A DNA stretch of 64,000 bases, from contig OZ024740.1 in the NCBI GenBank assembly GCA_964016885.1, positions 29,884,001 through 29,948,000 of the forward strand, given 5' to 3'. The position numbers and the translations under genes are program-made. This DNA is from Eledone cirrhosa. Taxonomy: Eukaryota. Under the pieces are notes generated by a model that saw only the letters and a list, made by a program, of their open reading frames with translations, ran no database searches and was not told the DNA's origin. Shown here piece by piece: positions 39,501 through 58,641 of the stretch (its first letter is position 1; each line of letters opens with the position of its first letter).

Positions 39501-42500
39501 CTGACACACACACACAGATACAGAGACATAAGTACACTGTCACACACACACACAGATACACAGACATAAGTACACTGTCACACACACACAGAGATACATA
39601 GAGAAAAGTACACTGACATACAGACAGATACATAGACATAAGTACACTGACATGCACACAGATACACAGACATAAGTACACTGACATACACACACAGATA
39701 CACAGACATAAGTACACTGACACACACACACAGATACACAGACATAAGCACACTGACACACACACAGATACACAGACATAAGTACACTGACATACACACA
39801 GATACATAGACATAAGTACACTCACATGCACACAGATACACAGACATAAGTACACTGACATACACACAGATACACAGACATAAGCACACTGACACACACA
39901 CAGATACACATACATAAGTACACTGACATACACACAGATACATTGACATAAGTACACTGACACACACACACACAGATACACAGACATAAGTACACCGACA
40001 CACGCACACAGATACACAGACATAAGTACACTGACATACACACACACACATACACAGACGTAAGTACACTGACACACACACAGATACACAGACATAAGTA
40101 CACTGACATACACACACACACATACACAGACGTAAGTACACTGACACACACACGCAGATACATAGTCATAAGTACACTGACATACACACACAGATACACA
40201 GACATAAGTACACTAACACACACACAGATACACACACATAAGTACACTGACACACACACACATACACAGATATAAGTACACTGACACACACACACACAGA
40301 TACACAGACATAAGTACACTGACATACACACAGATACATACACAGACGTAAGTACACTGACATACACACAGACAGATACACAGACATATGTACACTGACA
40401 CAGACACAGATACACAGACATAAGTAGATTGACATACACACAGATACACAGACATAAGTACACTGACATACACACACACAGATACACAGTCATAAGTACA
40501 CTGACATACACACACAGACATATGTACACTGACATACACACATATACACAGACATATGTACGCTGACATACACACACACAGATACACAGATATAAGTACA
40601 CTGACACACACACACAGATACACAGACATAAGTACACTGACATACACACAGATACACAGACATAAGTACACTGACATACACACACAGATACACAGACATA
40701 AGTACACTGACTAACACACACAGATACACAGACATAAGTACACTGACACACACACAGATACACTGACATAAGTACACTGACAGACACAAACATATACACA
40801 CACATAAGTACACTGACACACACACACACACAGATACAGAGACATAAGTACACTGACACACACACACAGATACACAGACATAAGTACACTGACACACACA
40901 CAGATACACTGACATAAGTACATTGACACACACACACAGATACATAGACATAAGTACACTGACACACACACACATATACACAGACATAAGTACACTGACA
41001 TACACACAGATACATAGACATAAGTACACTGACACACACACACATATACACAGACATAAGTACACTGACTTACAAACACACACAGACATAAGTACACTGA
41101 CACACACACAGATACACAGACATAAGTACACTAACACACACACACACAGATACACAGACATAAGTACACTTACGCACACGCAGATACACAGACATAAGTA
41201 TACTGACACACAAACAGATACACAGACATAAGTACACTGACACACACACACAGATACACAGACATAAGTACACTGACACACACACAGATACACTAACATA
41301 AGTACATTGACACACACACACAGATACATAGACATAAGTACACTGACACACACACACATATACACAGACATAAGTACACTGACATACACACAGATACATA
41401 GACATAAGTACACTGACACACACACACATATACACAGACATAAGTACACTGACTTACAAACACACACAGACATAAGTACACTGACACACACACAGATACA
41501 CAGACATAAGTACACTGACACACACCCACACAGATACACAGACATAAGTACACTTACGCACACACAGATACACAGACATAAGTACACTGACACACACACA
41601 GATACACAGACATAAGTACACTAACACACACACACAGATACACAGACATAAGTACACTGACACACACACACAGATACACTGACATAAGTAAACTGACACA
41701 CACATACACACAGATACACAGACATAAGTACACTGACACACACACACACAGATACACAGACATAAGTACACTGACATACATACAGATGCATGGACATAAG
41801 TACACTGACACACACACACAGATACACAGACATAAGTAAACTGACACACACACACAGATACACAGACATAAGTACACTGACACACACACAGATGCATAGA
41901 CATAGATACACTGACACACACACACAGATACACAGACATAAGTACACTGACACACACACAGATGCATAGACATAAGTACACTGACATACACACAGATACA
42001 TAGACATAAGTACACTGACACACACACACAGATACACAGACATAAGTACACTGACACACACACACACAGATACGCAGACATAAGTACACTGACACACACA
42101 CACAGATACACAGACATAACTACACTGACACACACACAGATACATAGACATAAGTACACTGACATACACACAGATACATAGACATAAGTACACTGACACA
42201 CACACACAGATACACAGACATAAGTACACTGACACACACACACAGATACACAGACATAAGTACACTGACACACACACACAGATAAACAGACATAAGTACA
42301 CTGACACACACACAGCTGCATAGACATAAGTACACTGACACACACACACAGATACACAGACATAAGTACACTGACACACACACAGATGCATAGACATAAG
42401 TACACTGACACACACACACAGATACACAGACATAAGTACACTGACACACACACACACAGATACACAGACATAAATACACTAACACACACACACAGATACA

Positions 42501-45500
42501 CGGATATAAGTACACTGATACACACACACAGATACACAGACATAAGTACACTGACACACACACACAGATACATAGACATTAGTACACTGACACACACACA
42601 CCAGATACACAGACATAAGTACACTGACATACACACACAGATACATAGACATAAGTACACTGACACACACACACACACAGATACACAGACATAAGTACAC
42701 TGACACACGCACAGATACACAGACATAAGAACACTGACATACACACAGATACACAGACATAAGAACACTGACACACACACACGCAGATACACATACATAA
42801 GTACACTGACACACACACAGATACACAGATATATGTACACTGACACACACACAGATACACAGACATAAGTACACTGACACACACACAGATACACAGACAT
42901 AAGTACACTAACACACACACAGATACATAGACATAAGTACACTGACACACACACACATATACACAGACATAAGTACACTGACATACACACAGATACATAG
43001 ACATAAGTACACTGACTTACAAACACACACAGACATAAGTACACTGACACACACACAGATACAGACATAAGTACACTGACACACACACACACAGATACAC
43101 AGACATAAGTACACTTACGCACACACAGATACACAGACATAAGTACACTGACACACACACAGATACACTGACATAAGTACATTGACACACACACACAGAT
43201 ACACAGACATAAGTACACTGACACACACACAGATACACTGACATAAGTACATTGACACACACACACAGATACATAGACATAAGTACACTGACACGCACAC
43301 ACATATACACAGACATAAGTACACTGACACACACACAGATACACAGACCTAAGTACACTAACACACACACAGATACATAGACATAAGTACACTGACATAC
43401 ACATGGAGATACACAGACATAATACACTGACACACACACACACAGATACACAGACATAAGTACACTTACGCACACACAGATACACAGACATAAGTACACT
43501 GACACACACACAGATACACAGACATAAGTACACTAACACACACACACAGATACACAGACATAAGTACACTGACACACACACACAGATACACAGACATAAG
43601 TAAACTGACACACACATACACACAGATACACAGACATAAGTACACTGACACACACACACAGATACACAGACATAAGTACACTGACATACATACAGATGAA
43701 TAGACATAAGTACACTGACACACACACACAGATACACAGACATAAGTAAACTGACACACACACACAGATACACAGACATAAGTACACTGACACACACACA
43801 GATGCATAGACATAGGTACACTGACACACACACACAGATACACAGACATAAGTACACTGACACACACACAGATGCATAGACATAAGTACACTGACATACA
43901 CACAGATACATAGACATAAGTACACTGACACACACACACAGATACACAGACATAAGTACACTGATACACACACACAGATACACAGACATAAGTACACTGA
44001 CACACACACACAGATACACAGACATAAGTACACTGACACACACACAGATACATAGACATAAGTACACTGACATACACACAGATACATAGACATAAGTACA
44101 CTGACACACACACACAGATACACAGACATAAGTACACTGACACACACACACAGATACACAGACATAAGTACACTGACACACACACACAGATACACAGACA
44201 TAAGTACACTGACACACACACAGATGCATAGACATAAGTACACTGACACACACACACAGATACACAGACATAAGTACACTGACACACACACAGATGCATA
44301 GACATAAGTACACTGACACACACACACAGATACACAGACATAAGTACACTGACACACACACACACAGATACACAGACATAAATACACTAACACACACACA
44401 CAGATACACGGATATAAGTACACTGACACACACACACAGATACACAGACATAAGTACACTGACACACACACACAGATACATAGACATAAGTACACTGACA
44501 CACACACACACACAGATACACAGACATAAGTACACCGACTTACACACACACATACACAGACATAAGTACACTGACACACACACAGATACACAGACATAAG
44601 AATACTGACATACACACAGATACACAGACATAAGAACACTGACACACACACACGCAGATACACATACATAAGTACACTGACACACACACAGATACACATA
44701 TATAAGTACACTGACACACACACAGATACACAGACATAAGTACACTGACACACACACAGATACACAGACATAAGTACACTAACACACACACAGATACATA
44801 GACATAAGTACACTGACACACACACATACAGATACACAGGCATAAGTACACTGACACACACACAGATACACAGACCTAAGTACACTAACACGCACACAGA
44901 TACATAGACATAAGTGCACTGACAGACACACACAGATACATAGTCATAAGTACACTGACACACACACAGATACATAGACATAAGTACACAGACACACACA
45001 CACAGATACACAGACATAAGTACACTGACACACACACACAGATACACAGACATAAGTACACTGACACACACACAGATACACAGACATAAGTACACTGACA
45101 TACACACACAGATACACAGACATAAGTACACTGACACACACAGATACACAGACATAAGTACACTGACACACACACACAGATACACAGACACAAGTACACT
45201 GACACACACACAGATGCACAGATATAAGTACACTGACACACACACACAGATACACAAACATAAGTACACTGACATACACACACAGATACACAGATATAAG
45301 TACACTGACACACACACAGATACACAGACATAAGTACACTGACACACACACACAGATACACAGACATAAGTACACTGACATACACACTGATACACAGACA
45401 TAAGTACACTGACACACACACAGATACACAGACCTAAGTACACTAACACACACACAGATACATAGACATAAGTACACTGACACACACACACACAGATACA

Positions 45501-48500
45501 CAGACGTAAGTACACTGACACACACACTGATACACAGACATAAGTACACTAACACACACACACAGATACACAGACATAAGTACACTGACACACACACAGA
45601 TACACAGACATAAGTACACTGACACACACACACAGATACACAGACATAAGTACACTGACATACACACTGATACACAGACATAAGTACACTGACACACACA
45701 CAGATACACAGACCTAAGTATACTAACACACACACAGATACATAGACATAAGTGCACTGACACACACACACAGCTACATAGTCATAAGTACACTGACACA
45801 CACACAGATACATAGACATAAGTACACAGACACACACACACAGATACACTGACATAAGTACACTGACACACACACAGATACAGAGACATAATTACACTGA
45901 CACACAAACACAGATACACAGAGATAAGTACACTGACACACACACTGATACACATACATAAATACACTGACACACACACACAGATACATAGACATAAGTA
46001 CACTGACACACACACACAGATACATAGACATAAGTACACTGACACACACACACACAGATACATAGACATAAGTACACTGACACACACACAGATTCACATA
46101 CATAAGTACACTGACACACACACACAGATACATAGACATAAGTGCACTGACACACACACACAGATACATAGACGTAAGTGCACTGACACACACACACAGA
46201 TACATAGTCATAAGTACACTGACACACACACAGATACATAGACATAAGTGCACTGACACACACACACAGATACATAGACATAAGTACACTGACACACACA
46301 CACAGATACATAGACATAAGTACACTGACACACACACACAGATACATAGACATAAGTACACTGACACACACACACAGATACATAGTCATAAGTGCACTGA
46401 CACACACACACAGATACATAGACTTAAGTACACTGACATACACACACAGATACACAGACATAAGTACACTGACATACACATACAGATACATAGACATAAG
46501 TACACTGACATACACACACAGATACACAGACATAAGTACACTGACACACACACAGATACATAGACATAAGTGCACTGACACACACACACAGATACATAGA
46601 CATAAGTGCACTGACACACACACACAGATACATAGACATAAGTACACTGACGTACACACACAGATACACTGACATAAGTACACTGACACACACAGAGATA
46701 CAGAGACATAAGTGCACTGACACACACACACAGATACACAGACATAAGTACACTGACACACACACAGATACATAGACATAAGTACACTGACATACACACA
46801 GATACGTAGACATAAGTACACTGACACACACACAGATACACAGACATAAGTACACTGACACACACACACAGATACACAGACATAAGTACACTGACACACA
46901 CACACAGATACACAGACATAAGTACACTGACACACACACAGATGCATAGACATACGTACACTGACATACACATACACATACACAGACATAAGTACACTGA
47001 CATACACACTGATACACAGACATAAGTACACTGACATACACACAGATACACAGACATAAGTACACTGACATACACACTGATACACAGACATAAGTACACT
47101 GACATACACACACACAGATACACAGACATAACTACACTGACACACACACACAGATACACAGACATAAGTACACTGACATACATATACACATACACAGACA
47201 TAAGTACACTGACATACACACTGATACACAGACATAAGTACACTGACATACACACACAGATACACAGACATAGGTATACTGACACACACACAGATACAGA
47301 GACATAAGTACACTGACACACACACACAGATACACAGGCATAAGTACACTGACACACACACAGATACATAGACATAAGTACACTGACGTACACACACAGA
47401 TACACTGACATAAGTACACTGACACACACAAAGATACAGAGACATAAGTACACTGACACACACACACAGATACACAGACATAAGTACACTGACACACACA
47501 CACAGATACACAGACATAAGTACACTGACACACACACACAGATACACAGACATAAGTACACTGACATACACACACAGATACACAGACATAAGTACACTGA
47601 CATACACATACAGATACATAGACATAAGTACACTGACATACACACACAGATACACAGACATAAGTACACTGACACACACACAGATACATAGACATAAGTA
47701 CACTGACGTACACACACAGATACACTGACATAAGTACACTGACACACACAGAGATACAGAGACATAAGTGCACTGACACACACACACAGATACACAGACA
47801 TAAGTACACTGACACACACACAGATACATAGACATAAGTACACTGACATACACACAGATACATAGACATAAGTACACTGACACACACACAGATACACAGA
47901 CATAAGTACACTGACACACACACAGATGCATAGACATAAGTACACTGACATACACATACACATACACAGACATAAGTACACTGACATACACACTGATACA
48001 CAGACATAAGTACACTGACATACACACAGATACACAGACATAAGTACACTGACATACACACTGATACACAGACATAAGTACACTGACATACACACACACA
48101 GATACACAGACATAACTACACTGACACACACACACAGATACACAGACATAAGTACACTGACATACATATACACATACACAGACATAAGTACACTGACATA
48201 CACACTGATACACAGACATAAGTACACTGACATACACACACAGATACACAGACATAAGTATACTGACACACACACAGATACAGAGACATAAGTACACTGA
48301 CACACACACACAGATACACAGACATAAGTACACTGACACACACACAGATACATAGACATAAGTACACTGACGTACACACACAGATACACTGACATAAGTA
48401 CACTGACACACACACAAATACAGAGACATAAGTACACTGACACACACACACAGATACACAGACATAAGTACACTGAGACACACACACAGATACACAGACA

Positions 48501-51500
48501 TAAGTACACTGACACACACACACAGATACACAGACATAAGTACACTGACACACACATAGATACACAGTCATAAGTACACTGACACACACACAGATACACA
48601 GTCATAAGTACACTGACACATACACACAGATACACAGACATAAGTACACTGACACACACACAGATACACAGACATAAGTACACTGACATACACACACAGA
48701 TACATAGACATAAGTACACTGACACACACACACAGGTACATAGACATAAGTACACTGACACACACACAGACATAAGTACACTGACACACACACACAGATA
48801 CATAGATATAAGTACACTGACACACACACACAGATACATAGACATAAGTACACTGACACACACACACAGATACGCAGACATAAGTACACTGACACACACA
48901 CAGATACACAGACATAAGTACACTGACACACACACAGATACATAGACATAAGTACACTAACACACACACCGATACACAGACATAAGTACACTGACACACA
49001 CACACAGATACATAGACATAAGTACACTGACACACACACACAGATACGCAGACATAAGTACACTGACATACACACAGATACATAGACATAAGTACACTGA
49101 CATACACACACAGATACACAGACATAAGTACACTGACACACACACAGATACGCAGATATAAGTACACTGACACACACACAGATACACAGACATAAGTACA
49201 CTGACACACACACACACAGATACACAGACATACACACACAGATACACAGACATAAGTACACTGACACACACACAGAGATACATAGACATAACACACTGAC
49301 ATACACACACAGATACACAGACATAAGTACACTGACACAGATACATAGACATTAGTACACTGACACACACACATATTCACAGACATAACTACACTGACAC
49401 ACACACACAGATACATAGACATAAGTACACTGACACACACACACAGATACACAGAGATAAGTACACTGACATACACACACAGATACACAGATATATGTAC
49501 ACTGACTTACACACACAGATACATAGACATAAGTACACTGACATACACACACAGATACACAGACATAAGTACACTGACACACACACAGATACATAGACAT
49601 AAGTGCACTGACACACACTCACAGATACATAGACATAAGTGCACTGACACACACACACAGATACATAGACATAAGTACACTGACGTACACACACAGATAC
49701 ACTGACATAAGTACACTGACACACACAGAGATACAGAGACATAAGTGCACTGACACACACACACAGATACACAGACATAAGTACACTGACACACACACAG
49801 ATACATAGACATAAGTACACTGACATACACACAGATACATAGACATAAGTACACTGACACACACACAGATACACAGACATAAGTACACTGACACACACAC
49901 ACAGATACACAGACATAAGTACACTGACACACACACACAGATACACAGACATAAGTACACTGACACACACACAGATGCATAGACATACGTACACTGACAT
50001 ACACATACACATACACAGACATAAGTACACTGACATACACACTGATACACAGACATAGGTACACTGACATACACACAGATACACAGACATAAGTACACTG
50101 ACATACACACTGATACACAGACATAAGTACACTGACATACACACACACAGATACACAGACATAACTACACTGACACACACACACAGATACACAGACATAA
50201 GTAAACTGACATACATATACACATACACAGACATAAGTACACTGACATACACACTGATACACAGACATAAGTACACTGACATACACACACAGATACACAG
50301 ACATAAGTATACTGACACACACACAGATACAGAGACATAAGTACACTGACACACACACACAGATACACAGACATAAGTACACTGACCCACACACAGATAC
50401 ATAGACATAAGTACACTGACGTACACACACAGATACACTGACATAAGTACACTGACACACACACAGATACAGAGACATAAGTACACTGACACACACACAC
50501 AGATACACAGACGTAAGTACACTGACACACACACACAGATACACAGACATAAGTACACTGACACACACACACAGATACACAGACATAAGTACACTGACAT
50601 ACACACACAGATACACAGACATAAGTACACTGACATACACATACAGATACATAGACATAAGTACACTGACATACACACACAGATACACAGACATAAGTAC
50701 ACTGACACACACACAGATACATAGACATAAGTACACTGACGTACACACACAGATACACTGACATAAGTACACTGACACACACAGAGATATAGAGACATAA
50801 GTGCACTGACACACACACACAGATACACAGACATAAGTACACTGACACACACACGGATACATAGACATAAGTACACTGACATACACACAGATACATAGAC
50901 ATAAGTACACTGACACACACACAGATACACAGACATAAGTACACTAACACACACACAGATACATAGACATAAGTACACTGACACACACACACAGATACAC
51001 AGACATAAGTACACTGACACACACACAGATGCATAGACATAAGTACACTGACATACACATACACATACACAGACATAAGTACACTGACATACACACTGAT
51101 ACACAGACATAAGTACACTGACATACACACAGATACACAGACATAAGTACACTGACATACACACTGATACACAGACATAAGTACACTGACATACACACAC
51201 ACAGATACACAGACATAACTACACTGACACACACACACAGATACACAGACATAAGTACACTGACATACATATACACATACACAGACATAAGTACACTGAC
51301 ATACACACTGATACACAGACATAAGTACACTGACATACACACACAGATACACAGACATAAGTATACTGACACACACACAGATACAGAGACATAAGTACAC
51401 TGACACACACACACAGATACACAGACATAAGTACACTGACACACACACAGATACATAGACATAAGTACACTGACGTACACACACAGATACACTGACATAA

Positions 51501-54500
51501 GTACACTGACACACACACAAATACAGAGACATAAGTACACTGACACACACACACAGATACACAGACATAAGTACACTGAGACACACACACAGATACACAG
51601 ACATAAGTACACTGACACACACACACAGATACACAGACATAAGTACACTGACACACATATAGATACACAGTCATAAGTACACTGACACACACACAGATAC
51701 ACAGTCATAAGTACACTGACACATACACACAGATACACAGACATAAGTACACTGACACACACACAGATACACAGACATAAGTACACTGACATACACACAC
51801 AGATACATAGACATAAGTACACTGACACACACACACAGGTACATAGACATAAGTACACTGACACACACACAGACATAAGTACACTGACACACACACACAG
51901 ATACATAGATATAAGTACACTGACACACACACACAGATACATAGACATAAGTACACTGACACACACACACAGATACGCAGACATAAGTACACTGACACAC
52001 ACACAGATACACAGACATAAGTACACTGACACACACACAGATACATAGACATAAGTACACTAACACACACACCGATACACAGACATAAGTACACTGACAC
52101 ACACACACAGATACATAGACATAAGTACACTGACACACACACACAGATACGCAGACATAAGTACACTGACATACACACAGATACATAGACATAAGTACAC
52201 TGACATACACACACAGATACACAGACATAAGTACACTGACACACACACAGATACGCAGATATAAGTACACTGACACACACACAGATACACAGACATAAGT
52301 ACACTGACACACACACACACAGATACACAGACATACACACACAGATACACAGACATAAGTACACTGACACACACACAGAGATACATAGACATAACACACT
52401 GACATACACACACAGATACACAGACATAAGTACACTGACACAGATACATAGACATTAGTACACTGACACACACACATATTCACAGACATAACTACACTGA
52501 CACACACACACAGATACATAGACATAAGTACACTGACACACACACACAGATACACAGACATAAGTACACTGACATACACACACAGATACACAGATATATG
52601 TACACTGACTTACACACACAGATACATAGACATAAGTACACTGACATACACACACAGATACACAGACATAAGTACACTGACACACACACAGATACACAGA
52701 TATAAGTACACTGACATACACACACAGATACACAGACATAAGTACAATGACACACACACAGATACACAGATATAAGTACACTGACATACGCACACAGATA
52801 CATAGACATAAGTACACTGACATACACACACAGATACACAGACATAAGTACACTGACACACACACAGATACACAGATATAAGTACACTGACACACACACA
52901 GATACATAGACATAAGTACACTAACACACACACAGATACACAGACATAAGTACACTGACACACACACAGATACAAAGACATAAGTACACTGACACACACA
53001 CACAGATACACAGACATAAGTACACTGACACACACAGAGATACACAGACATAAGTACACTGACACACACACACAGATACACTGACATAAGTACACTGACA
53101 TACACACACACAGATACATAGATATAAGTACACTGACACACACACAGATACACAGACATAAGTACACTGACACACACACACAGATACACTGACATAAGTA
53201 CACTGACACACACACGCACAGATACACAGACATAAGTACACTGACATTCACACACACAGATACAGAGACATAAGTACACTGAAATACACACACAGATACA
53301 TAGACATAAGTACACTGTCACACACACAGATACACAGACATAAGTACACTGACATATACACAGATACACAGGCATAAGTACACTGTCACACACACAGATA
53401 CACAGTCATAAGTACACTGACATACACACACAGAAGTACACTGACACACACACAGATACACAGACATAAGTACACAGAGATACACACACAGATACACAGA
53501 TATAAGTACACTGTCACACACACACATATACACGGACACTACACTGACATACACACAGATACACAGATATAAGTACACTGACATACACACACAGATACAT
53601 AGACATAAGTACACTGACACACACACACACAGATACACAGACACAAGTACACTGACATACACACACAGATACAGAGAGATAAGTACACTGACACACACAC
53701 ACACAGATACACAGACACAAGTACACTGACATACACACACAGATACACAGAGATAAGTACACTGACACACACACAGATACATAGACATAAGTACACTGAC
53801 ATACACACACACACAGATACACAGACATAAGTACACTGACATACACACACAGACATAAGTACACTGACACACACACACTGATACACACACACACAGATAC
53901 ACAAATATAAGTACACTGACACACACACAGATACACAGACATAAGTACACTGACATACACACAAACAGATACACAGACATAAGTACACTGACACACACAC
54001 ACAAATACACAGACATAAGTACACTGACACACACACACAGATACACATACATAAGTACACTTTCACACACACACAGATACACATACATAAGTACACTGAC
54101 ACACACACACAGATACACACACACACAGATACACTGACACACACACACTGATACACAGACATAAGTACGCTGACATACACCAGATACACAGACATAAGTA
54201 CACTGTCACACACACACACAGATACACAAGTACACTGACACACACACACAGATACACAGACATAAGTACACTGACACACACACATATACACAGACATAAG
54301 TACACTGACATACACACAGATACACAGACATAAGTACACTGACATACACACAGATACACAGACATAAGTACACTGACACACACACAGATACATAGACATA
54401 AGTACACTGACATACACACACAGATACACAGACATAAGTACACTAACACACACACAGAGATACACAGATATAAGTACACTGACATACACACACAGATACA

Positions 54501-57401
54501 TAGACATAAGTACACTGACACACACACACAGATACACAGACATAAGTACACTGACACACACACATATACACAGACATAAGTACACTGACATACACACAGA
54601 TACACAGACATAAGCACACTGGCATACACACAGATACACAGACATAAGTACACTGACATACACACACAGATACACAGACATAAGTACACTGACATACACA
54701 CACAGATACACAGACATAATACACTGACACACACACACAGATACACAGACATAAGTACACTGGCACACACACAGATACACAGACATAAGTACACTGACAC
54801 ACACAGAGATACACAGATATAAGTACACTGACATACACACACAGATACACAGACATAAGTACACTGACACACACACAGATACACAGATATAAGTACACTG
54901 ACATACACACACAGATACACAACCATAAGTACACTGACACACACACAGATACACAGATATAAGTACACTGACATACACACACAGATACATAGACATAAGT
55001 ACACTGACATACACACACAGATACACAGACATAAGTACACTGACACACACACAGATACACAGATAAAAGTACACTGACACACACACAGATACACAGTCAT
55101 AAGTACACTAACACACACACAGATACACAGACATAAGTACACTAACACACACACACAGATACACAGACATAAGTACACTGACACACACACAGATACAAAG
55201 ACATAAGTACACTGACACACACACACAGATACACAGACATAAGTACACTGACACACACAGAGATACACAGACATAAGTACACTGACACACACACAGAGAT
55301 ACACTGACATAAGTACACTGACATACACACACACAGATACATAGACATAAGTCCACTGACACACACAGAGATACACAGACATAAGTACACTGACACACAC
55401 ACACAGATACACTGACATAAGTACACTGACACACACACGCACAGATACACAGACATAAGTACACTGACATACACACACACAGATACAGAGACATAAGTAC
55501 ACTGAGATACACACACAGATACATAGACATAAGTACACTGTCACACACACAGATACACAGACATAAGTACACTGACATACACACAGATACACAGACATAA
55601 GTACACTGTCACACACACAGATACACAGTCATAAGTACACTGACATACACACACAGATACACAGACATAATTACACTGACACACACACAGATACACAGAC
55701 ATAAGTACACTGACACACACACAGATACACAGACATAAGTACACAGAGATACACACACAGATACACAGATATAAGTACACTGTCACACACACACAGATAC
55801 ACAGACACTACACTGACATACACACAGATACACAGACATAAGTACACTGACACACACACACACACACAGATATACAGACACAAGTACACTGACATACACA
55901 CACAGATACACAGAGATAAGTACACTAACACACACACAGATACACAGACACAAGTACACTGACATACACACACAGATACACAGAGATAAGTACACTGACA
56001 CACACACAGATACATAGACATAAGTACACTGACATACACACACACACAGATACACAGACATAAGTACACTGACATACACACACAGACATAAGTACACTGA
56101 CACACACACACAGACACACAGAGATAAGTACACTGACACACACACACTGATACACACACACACAGATACACAAATATAAGTACACTGACACACACACAGA
56201 TACACAGACATAAGTACACTGACATACACACACACAGATACACAGACATAAGTACACTGACACACAAACAGATACACAGACATCAGTACACTGACACACA
56301 CACACAGATACACAGACATAAGTACACTGACACACACACACAGATACACATACATAAGTACACTGACACACACACAGATACACAGACATAAGTACACTGA
56401 CACACACACACAGATACACAGACATAAGTACACTGACACACACACACAGATACACATACATAAGTACACTGACACACACACACAGATACACACACACACA
56501 GATACACTGACATAATACACTGACACACACACACTGATACACAGACATAAGTACGCTGACATACACCAGATACACAGACATAAGTACACTGTCACACACA
56601 CACACAGATACACAAGTACACTGACACACTCACACATATACACAGACATAAGTACACTGACACACACACATATACACAGACATAAGTACACTGACATACA
56701 CACAGATACACAGACATAAGTACACTGACATACACAGAGATACACAGACATAAGTACACTGACACACACACAGATACACAGACATAAGTACACTGACACA
56801 CACACAGATACATAGACATAAGTACACTGACACACACACAGATACACAGACATAAGTACACTAACACACACACACAGATACACAGATATAAGTACACTGA
56901 CATACACACACAGATACATAGACATAAGTACACTGACACACACACACATATACACAGACATAAGTACACTGACACACACACATATACACAGACATAAGTA
57001 CACTGATACACACACACATATACACAGACATAAGTACACTGACACACACACATATACACAGACATAAGTACACTGGCACACACACACATATACATAGACA
57101 TAAGTACACTGACACACACACAGATACACAGACATAAGTACACTGGCATACACACAGATACACAGACATAAGTACACTGACATACACACACAGATACACA
57201 GACATAAGTACACTGACATACACACACAGATACACAGACATAATACACTGACACACACACACAGATACACAGACATAAGTACACTGGCACACACACACAT
57301 ACACAGACATAAGTACACTGACACACACACACAGATACACAGACATAAGTACACTGGCACACACAGATACATAGACTTACGGACACTGACACACACACAC
57401 A
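30544..57401. repeat. ~27-kb CA-rich satellite, 32-38-bp monomer
   Basis: Unit GAC(AC)nAGATACA(C/T)AGACATAAGTACACT; roughly 750-800 copies by length; kb-scale higher-order duplications. Confidence 0.98.
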
Positions 57402-57582
57402 TTACCACCTCGTGCAGTAATGAATATTTCAAATGATATTTCGTAAAGTAACATATTACAGGTATTCTGGCCGGTTATATATATGTATATATATATATGT
57501 ATATATACATTTATGTATGTATGTGTGTATATATATATATGTATGTATGTGTGTATATATATATATATATCTATATATATAT

Positions 57583-57632
<50 letters not shown>

Positions 57633-57731
57633 ATATATATATAGATATATATAGATAGATATAGATATGTCCCAAGGCTCTGATTCCATCAACACTATAA
57701 ACACCGAGCTGCCATATATAAGAACTGACTA

Positions 57732-57789
57732 ACTGCCTGATGAGGTCATAGCCATTCAATGGCTATCATCGAAATATATAAATAGCAGT
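57732..57789 (+). ncRNA. Type I hammerhead ribozyme in a short repeat (~57668-57833) flanked by (TA)n
   Basis: ACTGC-CTGATGA-GGTcATAGCCAT(TCA)ATGGCTATcATC-GAAA-T(ATATAA)A-TA-GCAGT, then AATAAA. Confidence 0.8.
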
Positions 57790-57853
57790 AAATAAAGGAT
57801 TATGAGCTCATGCAATTGACTTATGTTTCGTCACTATATATATATATATATAT

Positions 57854-58600
57854 ATGAAAAACAAGGGGAGAAGAATACTGCATGGTTGCACATGGATTAC
57901 CTATTATAAAATTAGTCCCTCATCAGTGATTTGCCAACCATCATTGGTATTTCATCGCATTAAAAATCAGATACCTCAGGTTGTTGCGAGCAATAACTAA
58001 AATAAGCTATTGGGACAAGTGAAACGCGTAAAGCGAGTGAGACAAGTAAACAACAGAAGGAAAAGCAAGCCGAACGTTGGAAAACAGCAAGCCCCATGAT
58101 AGTTATCCGATCAGCATAATCTGGGTGAATTTCATGAGCGGTCAAAGAAGCAGACCGTACTCCGTGAATGCGGTGTGAGAAAGAAGGAACGCCACTACTA
58201 GCGAACAGGAGGAAGTGAGAAGGAGAGAAACAGAGAGTGAGTGGGTGGAAGTGCGAGGAAGAGGTCAGTCGAGAGAAAAAGTGTAACTGACAGAGAGGGC
58301 GAAAGAAGGTAAGAGAAACAGAGAGAACGGGGGAGCAGTAAGAGAGAAAGAGAGAAACAGATAATCGCAGTTTAGGTAAATATATATGAAAAACAAAGGA
58401 AGAATACTGCATTGTTGCACATGGATTACATATTATAAAATTCGTCCCTCATCAGTGATTTGCCAACCATCGTTGGTATTTCATCGCATTAAAAATCAGA
58501 TACCTCAGGTTGGTGCGAGCAATAACTAAAATAAGCTATTGGGACAAGTGAAACGCGTAAAGCGAGTGAGACAAGTAAACAACAGAAGGAAAAGCAAACC

Positions 58601-58603
<3 letters not shown>
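57854..58603. mobile_element. Non-coding element with ~220-bp terminal direct repeats (pLTR/LTR-like)
   Basis: 57854-58074 repeated at 58386-58603 with few differences; purine-rich interior; (TA)n flanks. Confidence 0.75.

Positions 58604-58641
<38 letters not shown>

Noticed and set aside
23265-57432. Many Cys/Val/Tyr-rich ORFs up to 1067 aa
   Set aside because: Translations of (GT)n-rich satellites open in several frames; only the CR1 ORFs at 27259-30386 derive from coding sequence
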